Source: Eledone cirrhosa (lineage: Eukaryota). Taken from it: DNA of 64,000 nt. Below, in pieces: positions 1 through 13,326 of the stretch (position 1 is its first letter; each line of letters begins with the position of its first letter). The translations under genes and the position numbers were made by a program. The notes beneath the pieces are model-generated. The model made no database searches, was not told the origin of the DNA, and saw only the letters and a program-made list of their open reading frames with translations. The stretch covers positions 9,920,001 to 9,984,000 of the forward strand of contig OZ024763.1 of assembly GCA_964016885.1 (NCBI GenBank). The letters run 5' to 3'.

Positions 1-125
1 TATATAGTAATAATAATAAATACAAAGACCAAAATCCAAATAGGATTTGATAAGGGTTATATATATATAATTATATATAAACCTATAGAGCAAATATTTA
101 TTATTAGTATAGATTAATCTGTACT

Positions 126-175
<50 letters not shown>

Positions 176-723
176 ATAATAATAAAATTGAAGACTAAAA
201 TCCAAAGAGGGCTCGATAAGGAAAATATATATCAAATATATAAGAACCGAAGAGCAAATATTTATTAAAATAACAGATTAAAGTTTAAGCAAAGAATCGC
301 TGCTTTCACCCTTAACGGGATCTTCTGAAACTAACAAAGATCCCGTTAAGGGTGAAAGCAGCGATTCTTTGCTTAAACTTTAATCTGTTATTTTAATAAA
401 TATATATATATATATATATATATAGTTATGTAATAAACAACATAAGGCAATTATATCATTTACCAGTGGTTTCTTAAAAATGTTGCTTTCAATCATCAGA
501 ATGAGAAAATCCTGGTGTATTTATTGATATATATATATATATATATATTTATTATATATATATATATATGTATATATATGTTTATATATTGAGGTATAGT
601 TGGCTGTTATACATTGAAACGTTCCTAGAGTAAAATCATGTTATAAGTCTAAACTGGTTATTCATTCTTAATTTATGTATACATATATATACACATATAT
701 ATATATGTATATATACATATATA

Positions 724-758
<35 letters not shown>

Positions 759-785
759 ACACATATATATATATATGTATATATA

Positions 786-863
<78 letters not shown>

Positions 864-864
864 T

Positions 865-3387
865 ATTTTGTGATGCAAGTACACTGACTATTTGCAACAC
901 AAACTTCCAGAAACCTGCCAATCACCTAATAGCCTACAAATCTGGCAAGCACATAAGCCAGATTGACTTCTTACTAGTTAGGCAGCGGGACAGGCAGATA
1001 GTGTCTAATATCAAGGCATACCCTGGGGAAGAATGTACCCCACAGCATAGGTTAGTCGTTAGTGATATCTCAGTAAGCAAGAGATGGAATGAGACATACA
1101 GGAAGGTGTGGAGAAGAAAGGTCTGGAAGCTAAAAGACCTTTCACTAAAATACAAATTTAGGAAAGCCCTTCAAGATGTGTATGACGAAAAAGAAGACGA
1201 TTTAGAGACGTATGACATAGATAATAACTGGAATTTCTTACGTGACAACTTACTGCAGGCTACTGATGAAACTTGTGGCTGGAGCAGAGCTCCAACCAGA
1301 CAGAGAGTGACCTGGTGGTGGAACAGCACAGTAGATAAGGCCATTAGAGACAAAAGACCTGCATGGAAGGCTTGGAAAAAGGGTGGGAGTAGGGAAGAAT
1401 ATACAGCCGTTAAGAGAGAAGCTAGACGTCAGGTGTACTTAGCACGCAGGAAGGCAGAAAGTAGGAGGTTTGCCAATGTTCTGCAATGGGAAGATCAGAG
1501 GCGTGCAGTGTTCCACATTGCAAGGCAGTGTGTCATTGCAAATCAGGATGTTGTTGGAGATAAATGTGTCCGGGATGATGCCGGTTTACTTAGGGTCACG
1601 AATAATCAGAAAAAGGAGGCCTGGAAATGTCATTATGAGAGACTGATGAATGTGGAGAACGATTGGGAGAGAGAGAAATTACCCTCAGTAGATCCAACAG
1701 AGGGACCAGCTATTGAGATTGACGAATATAGGGTCCAAGAGGCAATTAAGGAAATGAAAAATGGTAAGGCTGCTGGACCATCGGGAATAGTTGCTGAAAT
1801 GCTGAAGGCATCAGGGGACATAGGCACTAAACTGGTTGCACGCATCATCAATCAGGCTATATATGGTGGTGTCATACCCAAAAACTGGTGCAGCAGTATT
1901 CTCATAAATTGCTACAAAGGTAAAGGGGATGCTCTGGAGAGGAGCAATTATAGGGGTATAAAACTGATGGATCAGGTTATGAAAGTGGCAGAAAGGATAT
2001 TAGCACAACTAATTAGAGAAAGGGTCAAACTAGATGAGATGCAGTTTGGTTTTGTGCCTGGGAAGAGTACAACAGATGCCCTCATCTAGGTGAGACAATT
2101 GCAAGAGAGGTTTTTAGAGAAAAATAAGCCACTATACTTAGCCTTTGTTGACCTAGAGAATGCCTTTGATAGGGTACCCCGATCTGTCATCTGGTGGTCC
2201 CTAAGGAAGCTAGGTGTTGAAGAATGGCTTGTGAGGACAGTGCAAACTTTGTACAGAGGTACTCTCAGTAAAGTCAGGGTAGGAATGGAGATTAGTGAGG
2301 AATTCCAGATACAAGTAGGAGTACATCAAGGTTCGGTCCTCAGCCCGCTCTTCATTATAGTCCTCCAAGCCATAACAGAGGAGTTTAAGACTGGCTGTCC
2401 ATGGGAACTTCTCTATGCTGACGATCTGGTTCTTATAGCAGAATCAGTAGAGGAGCTAGAGAATAAATTCTGGCTATGGAAACAGCAGTTGGAAGCAAGA
2501 GGACTGAGAGTGAACCTAGCTAAGACAAAAGTGTTTATGCGTAGAAAAGAGGACAAAACTCTGATTCCGTCAGGGAAATGGCCATGTTCGATATGCAGAA
2601 AAGGAACTGGCATAAATTCTATAAAATGCACACAATGCAGATCCTGGGTACACAAGAGATGTAGCGGGATAGCAGGTAAACTAACAGGTAGGGAGAAATA
2701 TGTATGCAGTAGATGTACAGGGAAATTAGACAGTAGAAGTCGTATTGATAGACACATTTTTCAAATGCAGGAGGGCGCTATAGAAGTGGTGGATAGCTTC
2801 CGGTACCTAGGAGATCAGATTAGCATGGGAGGAGGGTGTTCCGAGGCCATAGTATCTAGAATAAGGACGGGTTGGAAGAAGTTTAGGGAACTGCTTCCTC
2901 TGCTGACGAAGAAGGGTTTCTCCTTACGTACGAAATGTGTGAGGAGCGCGATGCCGCATGGTAGTGAGACATGGGCAGCAACTGCAGAGGATATGCGACG
3001 GCTGGAGAGAAATGAGGCAAGCATTCTCCATTGGATGTGCAGTGTAAATGTGCGTGAACGACCCAGCATAAATGTGTTGAGAGAGAAACTGTGTCTGAGA
3101 GGGATAGAATGTAGTGTACGGGAGAGGAAACTGAGGTGGTATGGACATGTGATGCGCATGGACGATGACCGATGGGTGAAGAAGTGCCAGGAAATGCCAG
3201 TTGAAGGAAGACGTGGTAGAGGTAGACCACGAAAAACATGGGCGGAGGTGGTGAGAACAGACCTCAGATCATTGAAGCTCACGGTGGAGATGACGAAGGA
3301 CCGTGACGAGTGGAGAGATGCTGTGCTGAATAAGACCTGTCCCACCCTTGCAAGCAGGGAAAAGCGGACGTAAAATGATGATGATGA
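865..3387 (+). mobile_element. RTE-clade LINE family A, 5'-truncated
   Basis: APE C-terminus (QIDF..QHRLVV), RT (QFGF, FVDL..AFD, GVHQGSVLSP, YADD, FRYLG), (ATG)n tail, flanked by (TA)n; internal TAG at 2087. Confidence 0.95.
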
Positions 3388-3395
3388 TATATATA

Positions 3396-3429
<34 letters not shown>

Positions 3430-4427
3430 AATTAAGAATGAATAACCAGTTTAGACTTATAACATGATTTTACTCTAAGAACGCTTCAATGTATAACAGC
3501 CGGCCATACCTCGATATATATACTGGGCATTAGTCTGCTGGTTTATATATCTTCAGGAATATAAATGTTGTTACAAGCATCCAGATACAAACATGCAAAA
3601 AGTGACATTATAATACAGATCAAACTCATATGATATAACCAACATGTCAAGTGTTATTATATTTAAAGATGACAGGAGGTGTAATTAAAGCAGATTTAGA
3701 AGCAGTAAAATAAAAATTCAGTACTCTAGTGTATTAATTCAATTACAAAAATATGTTATATTTACAATAAATCATGCCAAAGGAGCTTGTGAAAAGAGAT
3801 TTAAAACTCCAATATAACCTAACATTATAATTTTTTTCTCCATGCTTGCATGAGGTAGATGTCATATTATGAGGTTAGACTAGTCAGGTGACCGTGTGTT
3901 GTTTATATGTTCCGTTTTAGGCTTGGATACCCTTCCTAATGCTACCTGTGCCTTACAGAATATACTGGGAGCATATTGTAACTTTGTCAGTACCACTTTA
4001 CAGGATGGACTGGGTGCTGTTAATTGGGTGTATTTTATAAATAATGATCTTCTCTCTGTTTCTAGTGTATATGGTGGAACCACTTGGTAAAGAACTAGGT
4101 AAAAGTATGAAAGCAGGTAAGATCTATACATATATATATTTCATACTAAAATGGCTTCTACATGACTAGCACTGTTTCATTCATTTGAAATTATCAGAAA
4201 AGTCCCTAATGTACAATCTCTACTAATGTATTTAGTAACTTATTTAACTGGGGTTTTCTTCTGTTCCATTTTGGAAAACTAACCTTAATGATATCATCAT
4301 CATTGTTTAACGTCCATTTTCCACACTAGCATGGGTTAGACAAGCTGCCCTGTTGTGAGACAAGCCAGGTCGGGGGGACCGTGTTTTGCACATACAGAAC
4401 TGGTTTTGGCTGGAGGCCCTTTTTAAT

Positions 4428-5170
4428 GCCAAACACTTTTTAATGTGAACTGGGTGCTTTTTGTCATGACACCTACATAACCACTTTACAATGTGGACTG
4501 GGTGCTTTTTGTCATGACTTCTACACAACCACTTTACAATGTGGACTAGGTGCTTTTCGTCATGACACCTACATAACCACTTTACAGTGTGGACTGGGTG
4601 CTTTTTGTCATGACACCTACATAACCACTTTACAGTGTGGACTGGGTGCTTTTTGTCATGACTTCTACATAACCACTTTACAGTGTGGACTGGGTGCTTT
4701 TTGTCATGACACCTACATAACCACTTTACAGTGTGGACTGGGTGCTTTTTGTCATGACATCTACATAACCACTTTACAGTGTGGACTAGGTGCTTTTTGT
4801 CATGACATCTACATAACCACTTTACAGTATGGACTGGGTGCTTTTTGTCATGACTTCTACACAACCAGTTTACAGTGTGGACTAGGTGCTTTTTGTCATG
4901 ACATCTACATAACCACTTTACAGTGTGGACTGGGTGCTTTTTGTCATGACATCTACATAACCACTTTACAGTGTGGACTGGGTGCTTTTTGTCATGACAT
5001 CTACACAACCACTTTACAATGTGGACTGGGTACTTTTTGTCACCTACACAACCACTTTACAGTGTGGACTGGGTGCTTTTTGTCATGACACCTATACAAC
5101 CACTTTAAAGTGTGGACTGGGTGCTTTTTATCGTGACTCCTGCATAACCACTTTACAGTGTGGACTGGGT
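4428..5170. repeat. 48-bp minisatellite (~15 copies) derived from the SINE/LINE body unit
   Basis: accactttacagtgtggactgggtgctttttgtcatgacacctacata repeated. Confidence 0.95.
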
Positions 5171-5318
5171 ATTAATTGCCGTGGCACAAAGATTACCACT
5201 TTATATATATATATATATTGTTCAATGAAAAAGAGTTAGTTGATTTATAATCAGCTGACTTTTATATAACTGATGTCAAGCACTGGATGGTATATATTTA
5301 TCCGGAGTATTATAATAA

Positions 5319-5500
5319 TTGTTTCTACTTTTGGCACAAGGCCAGCAATTACCCAGTGTATTACTGGTACTTTATTTTATCGACCCCGTAAGGTTAAAAG
5401 GCAAAGTTAACCTCGGTGGGATTTGAACTCAGATCGTAAAGGGACGTAACTATGCTGGAAAGCATGGCGTCCGACTCTACCGATACTGCCAATCCACCGC
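5319..5500 (-). mobile_element. MetaSINE-like tRNA SINE (copies about 10945, 19545, 28050, 32915, 33385, 39745, 53325, 63075)
   Basis: B box GAGTTCAAATC, GCCTTT.A.CCTTACGGGGTCGATAAAAT core; 17-bp TSD ccggagtattataataa at 5302 and 5501. Confidence 0.8.
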
Positions 5501-5961
5501 CCGGAGTATTATAATAATAAACTAAAGATAGTTACCTTAGATCATCTCTATTTATTTTATTATATTTCGAAGATGCAAGGCTTATGTATAACATAATCCA
5601 AAAGATGTTCTCGTCAGACAAAATACATAGCAGATCCAGGTTTCTTTTGATATACTGGTGGTCAAACGAACTGGACAGATCGATTAGAATAAAACCCCAA
5701 CACACAAGATGTTACGTGAGTGGGAGAAAAATATAGTTGGACTTAATGTTTTTGAAATTATTTAAAATATGAAGTAATTAGATTGGTCAAAAAAATAATT
5801 AAATGTAGACCGTTAGTCAGTTTATATGTTACTTATATTTGCTTAAAATAGATACTATACCAATGAATATATATATTATACCAAAGAAAAAATATTCTAG
5901 TAAGGAAGAATCATATTGAAATTGGGATTATAAAATTCAAAGGTAAATTGTCTATGTTTAT

Positions 5962-7797
5962 CATCATCATCATCAATCTTCCACGCTAACATGGGTTAGA
6001 CGGGAGTTGTCCGACTTGAGGCAAGGTTGGTCGGGTAGCCGTGTCTTGCTCATATAGGACTAGCTGGCAGGTTTTCTACGGTTGGATGCCCTTCCTAACA
6101 CCAACCATATTTACAGTGTGGAACTGGGAACCTTTTACAGTGTTACCTACATGGCCACATTACAGAGTGGGCTGTGTGCTTTTTTGTCGTGACATCTACA
6201 CGATCTTGATCTCATTATCTCATTTATTTGGACTGGATGTTGTGGTACCAACTTTACAGAGAGAGGGTGGTGTTGGTGGGAGTGGGAGGATAGGGTAGGG
6301 TAGTGTATTGGGGTGTATATTTGGTTAAGAGGTGCCTACTGACTGTAGGTTTCTCTTTGTACATAGGCAAGGCGAGTCTTCTGTATTATTGCGTAGCGCC
6401 AAAGATCTCAGTCCAGTAACATTGTCTTAGCGAGGTGCAAGTATGTGAGATCGGAATTTATCAGATCGTCCCAGGTTTTTCTGGGTCTACCTACTCCGTA
6501 ACTACCATCAATTTTGATCGCCCTGCTCTTTTTTATACAGCTGTCTTTCATGCGCATCACGTGACCATACCACCGTAATCTTCTCTCAAGTAAACAGCAT
6601 GTGATCCCTCTTATACTTAATTTCTCACTTAGTTCATTTCTGCTTTACCATTCACGTATATTACTATTACACACCCAACGGAGCATACATGCTTTGTTCC
6701 TTTCCAGTCTGCGCAGGTCCTCTGCACGTAATGCCCATGTCTCACTACCATGTAACATTGCTGTTCGTATACAGGCATCATATAATCTGCCTTTCATTTT
6801 CAGAGAGAAACCTTTTGTGGCCAACTGCGGTATAAGCTCTATAAACTTTTTCCATCCCGTTCTGACTCTGGCTACTGTACTTTCAGAACACCCTCCACCA
6901 CTGCTGATTTTGTCACCCAGGTAACGGAAAGTGTCCACTATTTTTATAGAAGGAGCTAGTATCCTGTGGACACTTGCTACTTATTGCACCTGAGCATTGG
7001 CCACATATAAGATCTACGTTCTTAGATAGTTTACCTGTGATACCACTACAACTTTTATGCACCCATAGCCTGCATTTGGGACATAAAATGGAATTTCTGC
7101 CTACTCCTTTCCTACATACTGAGCATGGCCATTTCCCTGAGGGCACCTGTGCCCTATTTTCCTTTTTACAAACTAGAACTTTAGTCTTAGACAAGTTAAC
7201 TTTAAGGCTTTTTGATTCTAGGCTATGCTTCCATGTTTGGAATTTCTTCTCTAGTTCAGCCATAGATTCAGCTATGAGAGTTAGATCATCTGTGTATAGG
7301 AATTCCCATGGGCATCTGGTCTTAAACTCCTCTGTTATAGCCGGAAGGGCAATAATAAATAGGAGGGGGCTAAGGACAGAGCCTTGATGAACACCAACTT
7401 TTACACTAAATTCTTCACAATATTCATTGTTAATTCTAACCTTACTGACTGTTTCTTTATACATAGCTTGTATAGCTCTCACAAGCCATTCATCTACACC
7501 TAGTTTTCTAAGAGCCCACCAGATAATGGAGCGGGAGGCTTTGTCAAAGGCTTTCTCCAGGTCTACAAAAGCTAAGTAGAGGGGTTTAATTTTAGCTAGG
7601 TACTTCTCCTGTAGTTGTCGTACAAGGAAAAGAGCGTCTGTGGTACTTTTACCTGACACAAACCCAAACTGCATTTCATCTAGATCAATTCACTCTCTGA
7701 TTAGTTGTGTTATAACTCTTTCTGTGACCTTCATGACCTGCTCAATTAACTTAATGCCTCTATAGTTTCCTCTATCTAGAGCATCCCCTTTACCCTT
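5962..7797 (-). mobile_element. RTE-clade LINE family B with long 3' UTR
   Basis: RT ORFs 6913-7674 and 6645-6938; (ATG)n tail near 5962. Confidence 0.9.
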
Positions 7798-9481
7798 TAA
7801 TTAGTATGGCTTTTTTTCATATAACTGATTTGGTTAGACTGCTATGAGATAAATTATTTAGTTCAAAATTACCATGCAATTACCATGGCCTAATTTATCC
7901 TTTCAACAATTATATTTAAGTAGGTATTATACAAATAGAGGAAAATATTAACTATTGGCGTAACTATTATTATAAGAAAAGATGTATGTATTATAGCCTA
8001 GTTTATCAATTTATATTAAATTTAATTTACTTATATACTAACTAAAGATAAGGTAGATGAAAAAGTTATAACGAAAAAATATTAGTTTACTTATTTTGTC
8101 CATTCATCTTTATTTTCTATTTAAACATAATGAAATTGCTTAAAAATTATATAAAGAAATATTACTTTTATTTACTTTTATTTTATTACTTTATAAAGAA
8201 ATATTTTATTTGTTTGTAATTTTGTTAATTTTCTATGTGCAGACTTGAAATTTTGTCAGTAGATGTTAAAATATCAATAATTTACAATTATATATTTTTA
8301 CCTGATTTTTTTTGTTAAATTTGACTTTTATGGGCAGGTGAAATTAATTAACAGGTGTAAAAGTAATGACTTTATGGATAAACACAAAAATTTAAACTTT
8401 ATCTGACTTACCTGTTAGATTTGTTACAAAAAATATCCAACAATGACCTAGATGTTGACTTCCAACAATTTTAGCATATTTCCGAACAGGTGAATTAATT
8501 TTAAATGCAGGTATAATCAGTACACGGTTTTAGTCTGTCTCTACATTTCATGCAAATATTTTCATTGAAAAACATGTATAAAACCCTCTCACCAGTCAAA
8601 ATAATATTGGCAATGTACTCTTATTCAATGTACTCAGTAGATTTATGTAAAATAATGTGTCCAATATATAAGTTCATTAACAGGTGTGACGCAGGTGAAT
8701 GCAGGTGTTTTTGTATCTAATGTGTTCCAATATATTTTTTAAATATTTTTTTCAATATTGTCAGACAATATTTGTATCATGATATGGGCCAAAACAGCCT
8801 TTACATAATGGCATTTTGCAAAAGGAACACATAAAAGAGGTTTCAATTCAATAACCTTCAGTAGTTTTTCTCTTTTGCTAAGAGCACATTTGGCAAACCT
8901 TCCTCCCATCAATTTTCTCCACTTTATGAAAATCAATATTTTCTTTGTTCACCTCAGATAATTTTGACTTTAATAAATGATATGTAGAATACTCTCTGAT
9001 TAGTTGCGGAAGCATTTTTATAAAGCATTAGAAAGTTTCTGCCAAGAAAGGGACTATTCGATATTATTATTAAGTGACCAAATCAATTCAGAGTGGGCCA
9101 TACTAAATCTTTTATAGAGAAGATAAACGATTTAGTACGGCCTTCTCTATTTTAAGCTAATATAAGTAACATATAAACTGTCTAAAGGTCTATATTTATT
9201 TTTTTTTTTGACCAATCTAATTACTTTATATTTTAAATAATTTCAAAAACGTGAAGTCCAACTGTATTTTTCTTCCACTCACACAACATCTGTGTTGGAT
9301 TTTTTTTCTAATTATATGCTTGGTTGTCATCGATCTGACCAGCTCGTTTGACCACCAGTATATCAAAAGAATCCTGCATCTCCTATGCATTTTGTCTGAC
9401 ATGTTTTGGATTATGCTTCTTCGAAATACGTATAATAAAATAAATAGAGATGATCTAAGGTAACTATCTTTTGTTTATTAT

Positions 9482-9546
<65 letters not shown>

Positions 9547-12374
9547 CATTGTGGTAACTTCATTCTCTCCTCTGTGAGCTTCAGCGACTTGGAATCAGCT
9601 CTCACAACTTTATTTTGTTAAGTCAAAATAAAGTGGATCTCTCCATTTATTAATCTTTGTTTAAATACACACATACACCCCTCACGCCACCGCACTCCCA
9701 CTGTAAAGTGGTTGTGTAGGTGTCATGACAACAATCACTCAGTCCACCCTGTACAGTGGTCGTGTAGGCACCATGGTAAAAAAACACCCAGTATTCACTG
9801 TAAATCAAGCCAAAATCAGTTCCATAATAGCAAGATATGGTCACCTGACCTGGCATTGCCCACAGCAGAACAACCCATCTAACTCATGCTAGCGTGGAAA
9901 AATGGACGCAAAACGGTGATGATAATAATATGTATATATATATATATATGTATGTATGTATGTATGTCAAGGCAGAATTCTAGGAGAAGGAAAACTCTGA
10001 TATAACACCTGCAACCCAGATGGTATCCAATGATGTTGACTTGTTCTTCTTTTTGGTAAATATCATCTTGGTTAAGAGAGTGGGACTGGCTTTGTGCAGT
10101 GCCTTTGCTCACTATAAAAGCTTCACGGCACAGGCATTGCTTTATATCTGGAGATCGCTCTGCACTTGTCGTCACATGGTACCATGGGCCCAGCACTATG
10201 TGTCAATAATTGTCACAAGTGTAGTGTTTGTACCAGAGTTTTCAAGTCGTTGGCTGGACTAAAAAGTCACACTCATTCAGCGCATCGGTAGGGGTTCTCC
10301 TACATGGATATAAAGTAGTGGCCGTACTCGAAAACGAGTTGGCAGCCACCATGTATGTATGTATGTATGTATCAGAGTTTTCCTTCTAGAACTCTGCCTT
10401 GACAAAGGCTAAGGGATCATCTCTCCCGGTGATTTTGGATGGCCATTGACTCTTAAGAGCTCCTTTGCCCTTTGACAGGTTTTGTTTTTAGTCCTGCAGG
10501 ATGTCCAAAGTCACCCTCCTCACCAAGAAACCTTGGTGGGGTTGCCAGTTTAGTCGCCAACAACTCGACCATGAGATAGGTTGTACTGCAACCCTGATGG
10601 TATCCAATGATGTTGACTTGTTCTTCTTTTTGGTAAATATCATCTTGGTTAAGAGAGTGGGACTGGCTTTGTGCAGTGCCTTTGCTCACTATAAAAGCTT
10701 CACGGCACAGGCATTGCTTTATATCTGGAGATATCTCTGCACTTGTCGTCACATGGTACCATGGGCCCAGCACTATGTGTCAATAATTGTCACAGGTGTA
10801 GTATTTGTACCAGAGTTTTCAAGTCGCTGGCTGGACTAAAAAGTCACACTCGTTCAGCGCATCGGTAGGGGTTCTCCTACATGGATATAAGGTAGTGGCC
10901 ATGCTCGAAAACGAGTTGGCAGCCACCATGTATGTATGTATGAAAGGTGAATTGGCAGAGTTGTTTGAATGTCTGAGAGAAGGCTTTAAGGTATTCATTC
11001 TGGCTCTCCGAGTTCAAATTCCGCCAAGGTCAACTTTGCCTTTCATCCTTTCCAAGTCGATAATAAAATACCAGTTTTGTACTGGAGTCGATTTTCCCTC
11101 TATATCTCTTTTTCATTTCCTCTCTCTCACTTTCTATGTTTGTCTGCAAGAGATCTGCTGCCTGGAGAGGGATGGGCGCCACCAGGCTTAATATGCCCAA
11201 GAAACACCATATGTCAATACGGTGCCCTACACCTCTGTCAGAAGTTATGGGACCATACATACACCTGTGATGTTGATGATATATATATATATACTAGAAT
11301 TTTATTCACCATGCTGTCGCGTATGTGCATATGTATGTGTATATAAATATAAACATGCAAACAGTGACACACTTACAAAAATTCACATTCAAACAAACAC
11401 ACACACACACAAACACACACATACACATACACTCACACACAGTGTAGCAAATGGAACGCTAGCCGCTGTTTTGCTATAGTTTTTTCAGCTTTGCTCTTCC
11501 TTCCTTCTACACACACAGTGTGATGGACAGAAGTCGCTCAAATTTATATATAGATTGTACACACAAGTGTAGTGAATGTTAGATGCTGTTATCTATAGTT
11601 TGTCATCACCCTTCCTTCCTCAATCATCTCTAATGTGTGACAGACAGACATGCTGGATCTTCTTGACAATACATTTAAGCATACATGGTGAATCATTTCA
11701 TTCATTTTACGTCCGCTATTTCCCTGCTTGCAAGGGTGGGATGGGAACTGATTCTGGCTTGATTTCTACAGCTGGATGCCTTTCCTAACACCAACCTCAT
11801 TTACAGTGAGTGCTGGGTGCTTTTTTGCCGTGGCACCTACACGTCCACTTTACAGTGGAATGATAGGGACCCAGTCCTATCATCTCATTTCTGCAGCTGA
11901 GTAAACTGGAACAATGTGAAATAAAGTGTCTTGCTCAAGGAAACAACACATCACCCGGTCTGAGAATTGAACTCACAACCTTTCAATTGCAAGCCCAATG
12001 CTCTAACCACTAAGCCATGTGCCTCTGAGAATTACATTTAAGTTGTACACCTGGTGAATCTCCCTGAGAATTTATGAATTTATTTATATACATGTATACA
12101 CATGTATAAATATATATATATATCACCAAACATGCCTACTTTAAAAATATATATATTCTGTTTCATTCTCCTCTATCTTTCTATTTCTTCTCTCACTCAT
12201 TCTATCTTCTGATAAAGGACTAACGTCCAAAACGTTAAGAGGTTTTTCCTGCTATATCAAGCATTAAACTAATATATATTTTCATTGTACTATATCATTT
12301 TGCTTTATTGTTTATCTGTTTACTTTCTACATACATACATGTATACATCCATCCATACATCCATCCATACGTAC

Positions 12375-12845
12375 CAAAAAGATTGCTGACCTAGGAAAAA
12401 CCATAGGATATGTGACAATCCTCCTTACATGCAAACAAACACAAAAAAACTTCAGTCTTTACCAACAAAGAGTGAAAAATAAAATAGAAACGGTGTTTGG
12501 TAACAGTAGAACCAGAACTCTTCAATATAAGCTGATCACCTTCAAACAAGAATTGAGAGCTGTCAGCGAGAAACGTCAATACCAGAAGAAGGTAGATGAA
12601 AGAAAAGTGCTAAATAAAAGATTCAGATGAAACCAAATATCAATCTATAGAGATATGAAGGGCAAAATAATAAGTGTCACTGAGGCCCCATCCCAGAAAG
12701 ACAGATTCCTTTTGGAGAAAATATGGGGTGAAAAGAAGAATTTCAACCAAGATGCAGTGTGGCTAAAAAAAATCCAAAAAAACTATTGCTCCTACACTAC
12801 AACAAAAACATACGAAATAAATGTGGATACCCTTGAGACTGAACA
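12375..12845 (+). mobile_element. R4/Dong-like non-LTR retrotransposon fragment
   Basis: LNKRF...P......EKIWG...FNQDAVWL pre-RT motif; related RLE fragment (KPDIVV) at about 52800-52920 (-). Confidence 0.6.
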
Positions 12846-13317
12846 AAAGGCTGGTTATATGATGCCTGTGTGAGATGCGCGATGTTGCATGGTAGTGAGA
12901 CATGGGCAGCAACTGCAGAGGATATGCAACGGCTGGAGAGAAATGAAGCAAGCATGCTCCATTGGATGTGCAATATCAATGTGCATGAACGACCAAGCAT
13001 AGATGAGTTGAGAGAGAAACTGTGTATAAGAGGGATAGGCTGTAATGTGCAAGAAAGAAGACTACGATGGTATGGACATGTGATGCACATGGAAGATATG
13101 ACCGATGGGTAAAGAAGTGCCAAGAAATCCCAGTGGAAGGAAGACACAGTAGAAGACCACAAAAAACATGGGCGGAGGTGGTGAGAGCTGACCTCAGATC
13201 ACTGAAGCTCACGATTGAGATGACGAAGGACCGTGACAAGTGGAGAGATACTGTGCTGAATAGGGCCCGTCTCACCCTTGCAAGCAGGGAAAAGCGGACG
13301 TAAAATGATGATGATGA
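12845..13317 (+). mobile_element. RTE family A 3' fragment
   Basis: MLHGSETWA...RLRWYGHV and 3' tail. Confidence 0.9.
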
Positions 13318-13326
13318 TATACACTT

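Noticed and set aside
2413-3345. Antisense ORFs over LINEs
   Set aside because: Shadows of the RT reading frame, repeated in each copy
4307-5008. Cys/His-rich repeat protein CRCHDKKHPVHTVKWL
   Set aside because: Product of a 48-bp minisatellite with no splice or gene context
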